Assembly: GCA_051294375.1 (NCBI GenBank)
Contig: CM119268.1
Coordinates: 20,534,750 to 20,598,749 of the forward strand
Direction: 5' to 3'
Length of the DNA stretch: 64,000 nucleotides
Origin: Paraspadella gotoi
Taxonomy: Eukaryota; Animalia; Chaetognatha
The position numbers and the translations under genes are program-made. Below are positions 49,171 to 62,793 of the stretch, one piece after another (the stretch's first letter is position 1; each line of letters begins with the position of its first letter). The notes beneath the pieces were generated by a model. That model was not told the DNA's origin and searched no databases. It worked only from the letters and a program-made list of their open reading frames with translations.

Positions 49171-52100
49171 TTAGGAATTAATCAATAATCATGTAAAAAT
49201 GTTAAAAATGTAGTAGAATTTTAACGAATTAAAAAAAAGTAATTAATTATTTATGATCAGTGTTAAAAAAATAAATGTCGGAATGAAACGTGGAATGAAA
49301 GAAGAAAAAAAATCATGCGACGGAATTCGCGTAAATTTTACATTTTTTATTCACCGATAAAAAAAAAAATAATAAAAATACGTCAGGAGTTATGGGCGGC
49401 TTAATTAATCCCGAGACAAAGAAGGAAGAACAGAAAACGACGACGACGATGAGGATGACGACAACGACGACGACAACGACGACGACAACGACGACGACAT
49501 GTATGTAAAATGTACATCTTGCGCTAGAGTTGTCTCAGTTACCTCGCAATCACTACCGTAAATTAAAAAGGAAGACGAGTACGACGAACCAAACCACAAT
49601 AGCGATGATGATGACATGAAAATGAAATTCACCTCAAGAAAAAATGCATGATTATAACAACCAACAAACTGGCGACAAAATTGAATTTGAGATATTTTGA
49701 CTTTTCAATAAATCACTTCTTAACAAGAATGATGTTTAATATCTAATTAGAGAATTAGGGCAGAAAGTAACTTTTAACCTTGTGTTGTATAGATGCTCCC
49801 TCTATTTCCCAACATCCCTTTCCCCATTACGTTATTAAATATGAAATAAATAATAATTAAATACTTTTATATATATATATTTTTTATATTTATTTTAAAA
49901 CTATGATATAGTAGAACAAGCAATCTTGCAATTTTTGATCGTAAATAAACTAGACGACGAAATTAAATGCAAAGGAAGAGACAACAACAACAACAACGAC
50001 AACAACAACAACAACAACCCCAAGACTCTCGTCTTCACCTCCTCATCCTCGCGACGTCACCACGCGCGCGTCTACTTCGCGTAAATGCCGGTCACGCCCC
50101 CTTTGCCGTCCGCCCCGAATGATAACGAGGCCCCGCGCCATATTTATGGGCAGAGGGTCAATTGCTGGGCCTCATATAGTCTGAATGTCGAGGGGGGGAC
50201 AGGGGGGAGCGTTATGGACAGCTTCCGCTTTCGCGCGGTTTTTTTTCGTGTGCGGGTCAGGGTTGACGTAGACAAACGTGGTTGCTGTGGTCGTCGCTGG
50301 GGGAGTTGATGTAGTGGTTGTGATGTAGTGGTTGTGATCGTTGTCATATTCGCTCTGTTTTGGTTTGGAAATGATAATTGAAGAATTTATTGAATTTAAC
50401 TGAATAATAAAAATTGATATTTTGATTGATCAATTGATTTAAATTTGTTTTTGTCTGTATGAAATTGGCACAACCAATATAAAAATTATCCATTCATTTA
50501 ATAAATAAGCTTTGTTGTCCCTGACTTTGGAAAGGCTTTGGTGGTTTAAGGCCTCCGGAAATATTTGGAAACGGTGTAAAGAAAAAGCTGGATAAAAGAA
50601 GAGAAAATGCTGGAGAAAAGTAAGAAAAATGCTGGAGAATAGGATTGCCAGAGAAAAAAGGAGAGAAAATTCTGGCAAAAAAGTAGATGAAATGCTGGAG
50701 AAGAAGTAAAAGAAAATGCTGGTGAAGAGAAGGAAGAAAGAAAACCATCGACAGGGCGAAAAAAGAATCGAGAGCGATCATCGAGAAAACGATAAAAAGG
50801 AAAGGGAGGAAGAAAAAGGAGGAAGGGAGGAAGAAGAGGAGAAAAGGGAGGAAGAAGAAAAGGAAGAAGAGGGGGAAAGGGGAGAAGGGAGGAATGGAGG
50901 AAAAAGAGGAGGAAAGGGAGGTAGAAGAGGAGAAAATGGAGAAAGAAAAAGAGGAAGAAGAGGGGGAAAGGGAAGAAAGGAGAAAGGGAGGAAGAAGAGG
51001 AGGAAAGGGAGGAAGAAGAGGAGAATATGGAGAAAGAAGAAAAGGAAGAAGAGGAGGAAAGAGAAGAAGGGAGGAAGAGAGGGAGAGAGGGAGGAAGGGG
51101 TAAAAGAACGGGAAGTGGAAGAGGAGGAGGAGGAAAGGGAGGAAGAGAGGGAGAGGAAGTAAGAGTGGAGAAAAGGAGGAAGAGAGGAATAGGAAATAAA
51201 AGGAAAGAAGATAGAGAGGAAGAGAGGAAATGGTGACAGAAAGGATTTGGGAGACATGGAGAGGATTGAAGAGAGAGACAGACATGGAGACATGGTGAGG
51301 AAGGAAGGGAGAGACAGACATGGATTTGGATGGAAGGGAACATGGAGACATGGTGAGGAAGGAAGGGAGAGACAGACATGGATTTGGATGGAAGGGAACA
51401 TGGAGACATGGTGAGGAGGGAAGGGAGAGACAGACATGGATTGATCAAAAGGGAAACAAGTCGGGAAAAATGAAGGGACTATCGACGCAGCTGAGCCGAC
51501 TCTCTCTCTGTCTCGCTCTCTTAATTTCTCGCTTTGTCTCACTTTGTACTCTCCCTCTCTCTCTATATATCTCTCTCTCTCTTTCTCTTTCTCTTTCTCT
51601 CTCTGTCTGTGTGTCTCTCTGTCTGTCCAGTAATGAGATACTTAATTAAAAGAGAACGTGAATGAAACGAATTCCCAATCAAATGTTGAAAGGAAATTAA
51701 ATCCGTTATTACGTGAGTCGAACTGATATTTTATTGTCTCGTTTGTTGTTAATTTTCCGTTTCTAGTTGTAATACGGATCAGTAGTTATACTTTATTATA
51801 TAAGTAGATATGTAAAAATTCAGATCACAATATAAGTATAATATATAGACAGTCCGCTAGTGAAAGCTTTAAAAAAAAAGAAAAAAATATTTTCTTTTGT
51901 TTTTTCTGTTAATGAAAAGTAACTCGACGATAGAGTGGGATGAGATGGGAAAGATATAAATCTGATCTGAGATGGGAATAAGTGAGAATGAAGTAGGATA
52001 AAATGGAAAATGAAATGGAAAGAATGGAAATGGATGAAACGAAAAAAGGGAAAAGAAAAAGGGAAAAAAAGGAAAAGGGATGAAAATGAAAGGGAGAGAG

Positions 52101-54374
52101 ATGAGATGGGCAAATAATCAAACACATAAAAACCGGATGAAATAAAAAAAAGTAAAAAAGAAAAAAAAAAAGAAATAAAAAAAAGGAAAGGAAGAAAAAA
52201 AAAAAAAAAAAAAAGAAAAAGAAAAAAAAAAAGGAACGAACAAAAACAGTGCGTGCGAACAAATAGAAAATACTAAGAATTTTTTCCTTTAACTCTCGAT
52301 AAACTGGAGGGCAGCGGATATCTCCCAAACTACGGAGTTGTAATCAGCTCAGCTGTTAGTACATGGAACATGCAGTGAAAGGTTCAGTTTGTCCCCATTG
52401 GAGGATTTTAAAAACTTCAAAAAATTGCGCTCAGCACCCTTTATAAAATTTTTTTACAATATCTTGTCTAGCGCGAGTTATTACATGAAGCTGTTGGCGT
52501 CTAAATCATTTTTTGCTGGTCATAAAACTCCTAGACGAGACCTACATATGATGTCTAATAAAATTTTTGAATTAATTTTATTTTTTTTGGTTTTTAATAA
52601 ATTAATTTAGTCAAATTAATATTTAAAGTATCTTGAAAATATCCAAGGTAATTGATTCCTTTTTATACAAAAAATGATACCATTGAACAAGAGCAGTTTT
52701 AATAAAATAACAAATAAAATTTTTAAAAAATTATTTAAACACCACACTACCAACACAATATTTTTTCAATATTATAAAAATATAATTATACGTCTTAAAA
52801 CTAATTAAAATATTTAAAACAACTATAACATGGTTTGAAAGCGTACATCATGCTGATTCCAAAATTACTATTTTTGTTTTTAAAATTTGATTTTTTGTTC
52901 TTGTTTACCAGTTCTCATACATTTTGAAAAATTAAGGAAAATTCGTCTCTTTTTCAAACCTTATAAAAAATGACTTGGGTCCATGTATGGAAAAAATTTT
53001 AAAGTTAACTTTAAATATGTATATCTACTTGCTATCAAAATTTTAGTGAGACAGAAATAAGATTGCCCAAGATTATCAAGGGAAGAAGTGCTTCAATATA
53101 TTTATATTTTTTATTGGGAAAAAAAGAATAAGATTTTTTTTAATAGGCAATTGAAAGCATTCTCTCATGGCCCACAGGGCTGACGGCAGAAGGTTCTTCA
53201 AAGACTAAGGATTTTGTAAGGACCTTAAATATTTTGCAATATGAGGCACAACCTCACCAACATTTCTGAGTTCACCTAAATCTTTTTCTTACTAACATTG
53301 CACAAACCAAACGTCAGCGTTCTAATGCAAGACATAAAGAGTGACCTTTCCATATATGAAAAGTTTTTAAATCAAAAAACGCTTTGTAAAAGGTGCCCCA
53401 TTATATCATACTTGAAATTTTAGTTTGAACATTTGTTTTCAAAAAAAAACTTACAGTAAAATGCGGCCCAACTCTGACAAAAAATGAAAAAAAAAGGTTA
53501 AAAAATTTACTTTTTCATACAATATCTTTTTAAAGATTTGATTACTACAGGCGACGAAACCCAATCTATTTCTTTGTAGAGCGGAAACATTGACTATGTT
53601 ACATACCTCGCATTACTAAATTAAGTTTATTTTTTTTACCAAATAATTTTTTTAAACCTATTGTTTTAGCGCTATTTTGACTAATCTTTTTAAAAAAAAT
53701 CGATTATTTTTAACAATGCGTTGCTGAAAGATTTAAAAAAAAATTTATGCTCATATATGCAATAGCAGAGATAATTTCCTTTGTTTTGCTAAAAGAACTT
53801 TAAAAAAAAGACTAATAGGGTTAAAAAACTTTTAAATTTAAAAAAATATTACCTTACCTAATAATTATTATTAATAGGTTTGAACTACGTTAAAAAGGAA
53901 AGGGAATGCACTTTTTCTTTAGAAGTAAATAAAAAAATAGTACATTCTGATATCGTCTTGCCTCAAACTTGCTGTAATAATCTTTAACACTTTTGTCAAT
54001 TTTCTTTTTTTATATAAAATTTTTTTTTAAAAATCTTAAAACCAGTAGTATTGATCGAGCCAGACCTAGCTATTCAAAGAAAAATTAATGAAAACATCCG
54101 GGAAGAATAATTGATGCGATACGAATTATTGATGTAATACGTAATTTATTGGATGTAGTAGGAATTTCGCAATAATTGATGCGATTGATAACATACTATT
54201 GACGCGATGATAACCAAATATTGAATTGCGATTTATAACCAATAAATTGCAATCGATGATAACCCAAATGATTTATGTTAATTGATAACCAAATGATTGA
54301 CTGCGATGTGAAAGAGTAAACGTCTTGCATCTGTTCAAAACAATAACTAATTTAAAAAAAAATTTGAAAATTTT

Positions 54375-54690
54375 CTCAGAACGTGGTTCTGTTACACAAA
54401 AAAGCGGGTACTGTGGTGATATTATTCAGTGAATATTATTCACACCACTTCACTCGTCCACAATCGTTCAGCCAAATACGCATTGGCTCAGAAGGCGTGG
54501 GAACACAACCATCCCAGCGTAGTGTCTTCCATTCTACAGCCAGTCCTACGACTTCCTCTCTGCGTTGGCAAAGTTACATGGAAAATCGATTTAGTAGTAG
54601 TAAGGAAAAAAGAAATTTTTTTGAGTAGAATAGAAGTATAAAAAGTTGTTATTTTGGCCCGCCTTACTAGATATATATGCATGTGATTAA
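54375..54690 (+). pseudogene. Degenerate Penelope-like GIY-YIG endonuclease C-terminal remnant
   Basis: Frame-broken pieces QNVV..Y..CGDI, then HNRSAKYALAQKAWEHNHP (cf. KSALAEHAWEHNH), VRKKEIFLSRIEV (cf. RKRxFLESIEI) and LLDIY (cf. LPxIY), then an AT-rich tail. Recognised by eye only. Confidence 0.45.
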
Positions 54691-54954
54691 ACAATGTTAT
54701 CGGAATAATAATTTATCAATTTTTTATGTATTTGTAAGTTATTTTAAGTATTTTTACTTCAGTGAGTAAAATAAACAACTTTTTTATTCGCCTAATTTTT
54801 CCTTATGCTTTTAGGGATTTTTCTTTTAACTTGCATCATTTTTTCTGCTTGCATCATTTGTTTCAACTTGCATAATTTTTTTAAATTTGCATCATTTCTT
54901 TCACATTACCATTAAAACCATTTATAGCTAATCATAAATTAGTAATCATTAAAT

Positions 54955-56200
54955 AAATAAAGATTCAAGTAAATGTGACTTTATGTTTTTTCAATATACA
55001 TATACATTCTCCACTGGCCACAAATCATCGGTCAAACTTACTAATTCTAGCTTTTCACACAACTTTCCTAACCCGCCTCACAAAAATTTCACTCAATCTA
55101 TATATGGCGTTTAAAATAAGTAAAAAAGATTCAAGTAAATCGCTGACTCATATTTTTTTCATTTAAACTCATTTCCACTCGCTACGTTCACCAACGAAAC
55201 TTTATATCAAGCACTTACACATTTTTCTACCCACACAACAAATCTTGAAACTCAATCTATCACATCTCAATATATGCATTACCATATAGCAGCTACTTAT
55301 TGCGTCTAAAAATAACGGTAAAACCCTATTTTAGTAAACCTCGCCGAGCACTTCTATAGTTCTTTTCCACGGTAACACTCATTTTCCACTCACACCGATC
55401 CGTCCGAAACTTTATACTCCAGCCTTTATCACACACTCTTCCTACCCACACACCAAGATTTTCATTTCAATCAACAGCAATCACCGAGTTCCAATGAGCT
55501 TTTTGGCCTAAGTGGGCGGCCCAACACACAAAACATGGACTGATGATGACTACTGCATTAATTAATCTATTTGATTTAAATTAATTGACGTAATTCGCAA
55601 TAATTAACTGTATAATTATTGATTTATTAAATTAACATCCTGCATATTACATTTCAATATAAAAGCGAAAGAGAATCCATAATCAATTCAACAGCGAAAC
55701 AAGTTTTTTGTTTTTTTCCATTTAAACTCATTTCCACTCCAAAAGATATTCCATCCATCCTGTTTCAATTCACAACCACTTCTTCTACTACCACTACACC
55801 AAAATTCCAGGTCAATCGCCCCAATCCACCATGAGCAATTGGTCGTTCAAATAGTCGAATTATATTTTTTTGTTTTTCCATTTAAACTCATTCCACTAGC
55901 GACGCATTCCATCGATACTTTATATCTAGCTCAATCACACACTTTCCCTACCCACACACAAAATTCCATTCACCAACTCCATCATCCAATCACGAGTAAT
56001 TGGCGGTTTTTTGCTAAGACTAGGACCGAGACGGCACGGACGGCTACGGACATCATTTTTTTGCATAATTTATCATAATCGATGTTTCTGACATTGATAT
56101 AAGTTAGTGCCCGACACATACTTGAGGGGGCGACCGACGGACCGACAAAGTGAATTATAGATGCAGCATCTGCTGATAAGCAGACCATTCGCACTTAAAA
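54955..56200 (-). mobile_element. HINE-like element family 1 with five or more central repeats (noisy sequence)
   Basis: End TCTGCTGATAAGCAGA...ACTTAAAA and AGTGCCCGACA...GACCGACGGACCGAC match 49080-49170. Repeated TTTTTCCATTTAAACTCATTTCCACTC units at ~54985, 55155, 55375, 55712 and 55873. Confidence 0.6.
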
Positions 56201-56531
56201 ATTAAAAAAAAACAAACAAATATTTTTCATGGTCTCCTTCTCCTCTCTGTTTATAAGAAAGTCATACGTTTACTGAATAGTTGCTATATTGCACTGCATC
56301 AGTCGTACCGCTAGGCGCTGGCCGTTTACGAGCGTCGTCAACATTTGGTTTATTGAGTTTGGTCTAGTTACTGAAACCTTCACTACCGTTCTTGAGCGCC
56401 GTAAGGACGATTCGACTCCACTAAAGATTAAAGACAAACTACAGATTAATTTGAGGAAAAAACGTACAAAACCCCTAACTGCCCAAAATAGCTTTGAACG
56501 CGCTCTCTTCGTGATTTCGTCCGGAAAACGA

Positions 56532-56590
<59 letters not shown>

Positions 56591-58089
56591 CTCTCTACTC
56601 TTTATGCAATTGCGACGCGATCCTTACTGCTTTAAGATTCTTAACTTAAAAGTGCATTCCATTGAGAGGGACTTAACCACCTACTACAAGAATAATGGCG
56701 TTTCGACCCGGTAGCAATAAAGCTTTCAAAGATATTTATCAAAAGTCAATTTTTTAGTATTTTTTTTATTTTTTTTTCAGAGTGGCACATTTACTGTAAA
56801 AAATCATTTTGAAAAAAATATTCGAAAAAAATTCATCATGATGTATGGGTACCTTTACCAATAACTCGTTTTTGATTTTTAAAAACTTTCTCATGCATGG
56901 ACAAAGGTCTCTACTTCATATTTCTGCATCTAGAACTCTGACTCTTCGGTTGGCAAGATAAGAAGGTAAGAAAAAGTAAGAAAAAGATAGTGTGAACTCA
57001 AAAGTTGTGAGGTATGTCCTTAATATTGCCAGAAAATTCTAAGTCCTTACCTAAACCCTCCCCGTCTGAGAAGCAACCTCTGCCCTTGCCGCTCTCGGCC
57101 ATCTGAAAGAATATGGTTCCAATTGCTTATTACAAAAAAATCTATTTCTCTTTCTCATCAAACACAACACAATATAATAATGACACTTTCTTCCCTTTAT
57201 ATCTTTGGCAAATCTTATCCTTCCATGTTACAAATTTTAAATAGCAAGAAGATTGACTTTTTCAAAGTAGTTTTAATTTCTTTTTCAATAACATGGACCC
57301 CTAATCATTTTTTATAATGTTTTGACAAAAAGGGCCATGATTTTCTTAATTTTTTACAAATGTTGATCTGGTAAAACAAGAACAAGAAACAAATTTTAAA
57401 AACAAAAACAGATTTAGCAATCAGCGATGATGTCCGCTTTTTCAAACCCTTTAATAGCTTTCTTAAATTAATCTTTAATAGTTTAAGACTATAATATATC
57501 TTTTATTAATATTTGAAAAAATATTTGCTGTATTTATAAATAATTTTTAAAATTTTATCTATTTATTCTTTATTAAAACATGCCTCTTGTTCAATGTATC
57601 ATTTTGTATAAAAAAGGATATCATATTACCTTGGATATTTACAAGTATACTGATAATATTATGACTAAATTAATTATTAAAACAAAAAAAAATTAAATTA
57701 ATTTCAAAAAATTTTATACATCATTATGTAGGTCTCGTCTCGGTTAGTATTTATGAGCAAAAAATGATGGGGCTATGCTCATTAATAACTGCTGCAGAGC
57801 AAATATATGTAAAAAAAAAAATTTTTAGGGTGCTGATGCCGCAATTTTTGAATTTTAAAAATTCCGTTCCTCAAGGGGACACAAGCATAACCTTCCCTGC
57901 ATCTATTACTCTATACTCTGAGTGCATCCAAACTCCAAGTTGAGAGATATCCACTCCCTCCAGTTGATCGAGTAAAGCAAGGAAAGCTTACTGTAGGAAA
58001 TTGACCATTCGCATAAATACAATCAAAGAACCGGAGGAAAAGAGGGAAAAAGAAGGAGCAGGGTCTCGTATCTCTACTCTCCTCTCTCT

Positions 58090-58126
<37 letters not shown>

Positions 58127-58461
58127 CTCTCTCTCTCTTCTCTCTCTCTCTCTCGCCTCTGTCGATATAACGCCTCAAAATGGTGGCCTCATATTCTTTA
58201 ATCAATCTAATCCCTAACTCCGTCAAAGTAAAAGCAGAGCAAAAAGAAATTTCCTGGCCCTCTGACTACAATATGCCATAACCCCCCGCTCTCTCTCTTT
58301 TCTCTCTCTCTCACGCTCTTTCTTTCTCTCTCATTTTCTCGTCTCTCTCTCTTTCTCTATCTGTTGAGTAGAAAAAAACTGTTTTTGGCCTTTTTTCGGC
58401 CAAATGGTCCACACATTCCGGAAAAAAGCGGATTGACCGCAAAAAAAAAGAAAAGATTCCA

Positions 58462-58618
<157 letters not shown>

Positions 58619-59051
58619 CGAAATGACCAGAGCTGAAAACTCTTTTCTCTCCCCACAGAATTTCCGTTCATTAAATAGCTTCGCGCTCTCTTTGTTTGTC
58701 TATTTTATTTTATTATAAAACAGATTCATTGCTTATTTACACTTGACGTGTTCACTGGTCACCGTTTATTGCTAACAATCTTTTTATTTCATGACATGAA
58801 ATCGGTAGTACAACCAATATACAAATTATCCATTCATTTAATAAATAAGCTATCTTGCCCCTGACTTTGGACAGGCTTTGGTGGTTTAAGGCCTCCATCA
58901 CTCTTACAAGATAATGACTTAGCAGGTCCCTGCAAGTTTTCAATCAAGACTCTCTCACAGTCTCGTTTATTCACACCCAGTGTGCCTGGCTTTCCTATCA
59001 ATGAAGAAGTATAATATTTCAAAGATTGTTTCAATTGTATCTTAAACAATA

Positions 59052-59103
59052 TCTAATCTAATCTAATCTAATCTAATCTAATCTAATCTAATCTAATCTA
59101 ATC
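59052..59103. repeat. (TCTAA)n pentanucleotide microsatellite
   Basis: About 10 perfect units, ~140 bp downstream of the dispersed 120-bp repeat copy. Confidence 0.95.
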
Positions 59104-59267
59104 CATAATTAGTCCAATAAGTTGAGGTTCACAAAAAAATCAAGACAATCAAGATTCGCTCTACATTTTGGGTCGAATTTCCTTTTTCCATCGAAGAGAA
59201 ACGAATCTTGTGTCGGTTGAGTGAATTAGTAACGAGATAAGCACCTCTTTTGTGTCATCTGATAACT

Positions 59268-59309
<42 letters not shown>

Positions 59310-62149
59310 CCTCTTTCTCTCTCTCCTCTCTCTCTCTCTCCTCTTTCTCTCTCTTCTGCGAATCCCCAAATCAGTTTCACCATCTGGAAGTTCTCCTCTC
59401 TCTTCCTCTCTTCCCTCTATCTCTCTTTCTTTTCTCTCTCTCTCATCTCTCTCCTCTCTCTCTCTCTCAGTAATCCTGCGGCTCCTTAGCCCTCCTCACA
59501 TTCAAAATAATGTTAAAGAATTTTAGATTTGGTCACCACTCTGCGTCTGCGTTTTCCAATGTTCTTGGAATTCTTCTCTTCTCTCTCTCTCTCTTCTCTC
59601 TCATCTCTCTCTCTCTCTCTCTCTCTCTCTGCCCTCTCTCTCTCTCTCTCTCACTCTCTTTCTCTTTCGTTTCCCTTTTCTAACACAGTTAAGCAAAGAA
59701 AAAGGAATAGGCAGATAGATTAAATAAAGGAACAGTAATAGTAAACATAAGCCTCCTTTCTTTCTAAATCCCTTTTGGATAGAAAGTTAGCAGTTGTCAA
59801 TAAAAAACAGAAAACAAAAGTCACTATAAAAAGAAATAATTAATTAAAAAATTGTGGTGACCACTAAAAAATGTCAATAATTTCAGTAGCACACATACCC
59901 CTAGAAAATAATTTTCACATCTCATAATTGATATTTCCTCTTTTTAACAATTTTCTCTTCACACAACTTTCTCCTCGATTTTCCCTTTTAACTCTTGAAT
60001 TTTTTATTATGGAAAATTCCGCTGCCAAAATCTCGCCCTTTGGGTTTAACTATCAATTAATTATTCGCCATCTCGCGAATTTAATGGAGACCAAAGGCTA
60101 AAGTCTTTTCACTATTTTTTCATTTACAATATTTTTCAAACGTATTTCCTCTCTTTTCGCCTCTTTCTTTCTTTCCTTTTTTCTCCTTTCTTTCTTTCTT
60201 TCCTTTCTTTTTGTTATTTCATTTTTTCAATCATTCTCTTTCTTTTTTACTCCTCGTTTTTCCTTTTTCTTTTCTTTCCTTCCTTTCCTATCTCTCCTTC
60301 TCTTTCCTTTCCTTTTTTTTCCTTCTCATTCCTCCATTTCCTTTCCTCCAACAATCCCAATCACCATCAAGCGGTCCTCGGTCTTTGACTACAATTCCTC
60401 GCCTCGGGATATATTTTCTATTTTCGTCTTTCGGCGCCTTTAGCCTCTTGTTCATCCAGTTTACTTAAATTAGTTTCATTTTGTTATTTTTTTAAAAGTT
60501 TGTTTAATTTATAGAAACTAGTTTATTTGATGAGGTCACACGTTTAAGCTTTTTATTCTCGCTTTATTTTTTAGTTTTATTATCTTCATGCCATTTTATT
60601 AGTTCCGCGTCATGTGATTTCTTTATTACTTCTCTATCACTTTCTAAAGCATATCATGATTGGTATAGAGAGAGTGTGGAATGTTAAAAAAGGAACGGAT
60701 TTATGTGTAAACACTGAAATTGTACACTATGTATAATTGTATATAGTTAGTCCACTTTGTAATTTTATTGCTAATTTCTTTAAATAATTAGTTAAATTTT
60801 CACATTTTGAACATAATAAATGAAATCTAATCAAATCAATCGTTTATTCTTTCACACTTCTTCACACTTTTTTCTTTCTTATTCTTTCTACGACCTCAAC
60901 CTTCTTTTCTTCCCTTTAATAAAGTCTTTATCCCCGATTTTCCTCTTCTTTATTTCCTCTTCCTCCTCCAATTACGCATTTGGAAATGAGCTTTCACCTT
61001 CTTCCGCCGCGAGGGAAAAGACTAAGCATAGAAATAACTCTGGACAATTTCTCTCCTTGATGCAGGCTTGCAGAATCGCGGACAACCTTCATCCTCTTCA
61101 CTTCTCTTTTTCCTTTTCTCTTTCTTCCTCTTTTTATTTCCTCATCTCTCTACATCATTCTTTATTTAATTCTTCCTTTCTCTTTTAATTTTTGATACTC
61201 TTCTTTCATTTAAGCTCTTTCCTCGTTTTTCTTCATTTCGATTTACTTTCAAAATTGACTCGTTTTTTCTTCTTTTTATAAATTGTCATTTCTTTTTTAA
61301 AAAATATAATCTTTGTTCTACATTTAGGCTCAAGACCTAAATTAGCTTTTCTTCTTTTACTTGATGTTTGTTCGTTACCTGAAGATGTTATCCTAACCTA
61401 AGCATCATCAAGTGAGACGTAAAGTCGTTAAGAAAGTCTCATGTAATCTTACTTGGTTCGGTCGCTAAGTTTATAATCAATATTTCTGTGATAAAGCGAG
61501 ACATCCTAAGATGCTTATGAAATTAGAATAGATATAATATATTATATATTCTAAATTATACTATATTTTGTTATATTGTATAACCAATATAAAATTGTCA
61601 ATTTATGCATTAAATGAGCTCTTTTGTCTCCTGACATTGAACAATGAACAATGAAGAGGCTTAAATGAGTTAAGCCCTCCATCCATCTTACAAGATAATA
61701 ACATAATTTAATTTATCAGAATCAACAATGTTAACCATTTTTCTTCAGAATATGTGACTTTACAATTATACAAAAAAAATATAACAGAGAGAAACCGTTT
61801 GTCCCCATCTCACGGAAAATCTTGGCCGACGTTCGAGTTTCTAAAAATAGATTCTCTCTCTGTTCCTTAATGTATCATGGAAGAAAGAGTAAAACGAAAG
61901 GCAAAAGAAACGGAATATAATGAAAGTGATTAACTGCATTAATATTAAATTATATTTCATTATATTAAATTATACCTGAGAATTTTCTTTTTAATATCGG
62001 TATTTTCTTTTTTTTTTCTTCGCTGCAAATAAAAAAGGAAGTATTTTTTATTTTAGAAAATATAATTTTTCCCTTTTTTTCGATTTAATGTTTTTTCTTG
62101 AAAAGAAGATTTTTACCTTCGGTCGCCGACGAAATGAAAAAAAGATTTT

Positions 62150-62490
62150 TGAAAGGGGAAGGGAGGATTTAAAGTTTGGAAAGAAGGATTTAAAGCTGGG
62201 GGAAAGGATTTAAAGTAGGGGAAAGAAATAAAGTTGGGTGGAGAAAGATTTAAAGTTGGAGGGAAATATTTAAAGTTGGGTGGGGAAGGATTTAAAGCTG
62301 GGGAAGAAGGATTTAAAGTTTGGAAAGAAGGATTTAAAGTTGGGGGAAAGAATTTTAAAAAGGAGAAAGGAGTAAAGTTATGTGGGGAAGGATTTAAAGT
62401 TGGAAAAAAGGATTTAAACCTTTGGGAAAGATTTAAAGTTGGAGGGAAAGATTTAAAATAGGGAAATAAGGATTTAAAGTTGGGGGGAAA
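62150..62490. repeat. ~21-bp minisatellite (GAAGGATTTAAAGTTGGGGG)n
   Basis: Direct tandem degenerate units. Confidence 0.9.
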
Positions 62491-62749
62491 CGGAAGAATG
62501 GAGGGCAAAGAGTGCGGTTGAAAGGAGAGGCTGAGCTAAGTGATGCGGGTCGCAAAGAAATGAGTCGCAAAGGAGAGAAAATGTGAAGAAAGAAAAACAG
62601 TCAGGGAAAGAAGGGTGAAAGAAGGAAGGAAAGTAGGATGAAAGCAGGAAGGAAAGTAGGAAGGAAAAAAGGGAAGAACAGCAAAGAGAAGAAGGTGAGG
62701 ATGAAAGAAAGGAGGGCGCATGCGCGACCGAGCGTCATTTATTTAAGAC

Positions 62750-62793
<44 letters not shown>

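Larger units (their letters stand above)
52288..57975. mobile_element. ~5.7 kb element bounded by ~1.3 kb imperfect inverted repeats (long-TIR/fold-back-like)
   Basis: 52288-~53585 is colinear with the reverse complement of ~56675-57975, e.g. CTCGATAAACTGGAGGGCAGCGGATATCTC vs GAGATATCCACTCCCTCCAGTTGATCGAG, and GACGAGACCTACAT vs ATGTAGGTCTCGTC. Non-palindromic ~3 kb interior. Confidence 0.7.

Noticed and set aside
51791-51861. Helitron termini (TCTACTTATATAATAAAG on minus; CCGCTAG-T on plus) at the inverted-arm boundary
   Set aside because: The two motifs are on opposite strands and there is no subterminal hairpin. Too short to support.
56289-56714. 141-aa ORF inside the long-IR element as a transposase
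   Set aside because: Non-ATG start, runs through a (TC)n tract, no recognisable motif, and lies in noisy sequence.
61358-61416. CTGAAGA within a hairpin as a fourth hammerhead
   Set aside because: No GAAA core after a stem II, so the catalytic core cannot be completed.
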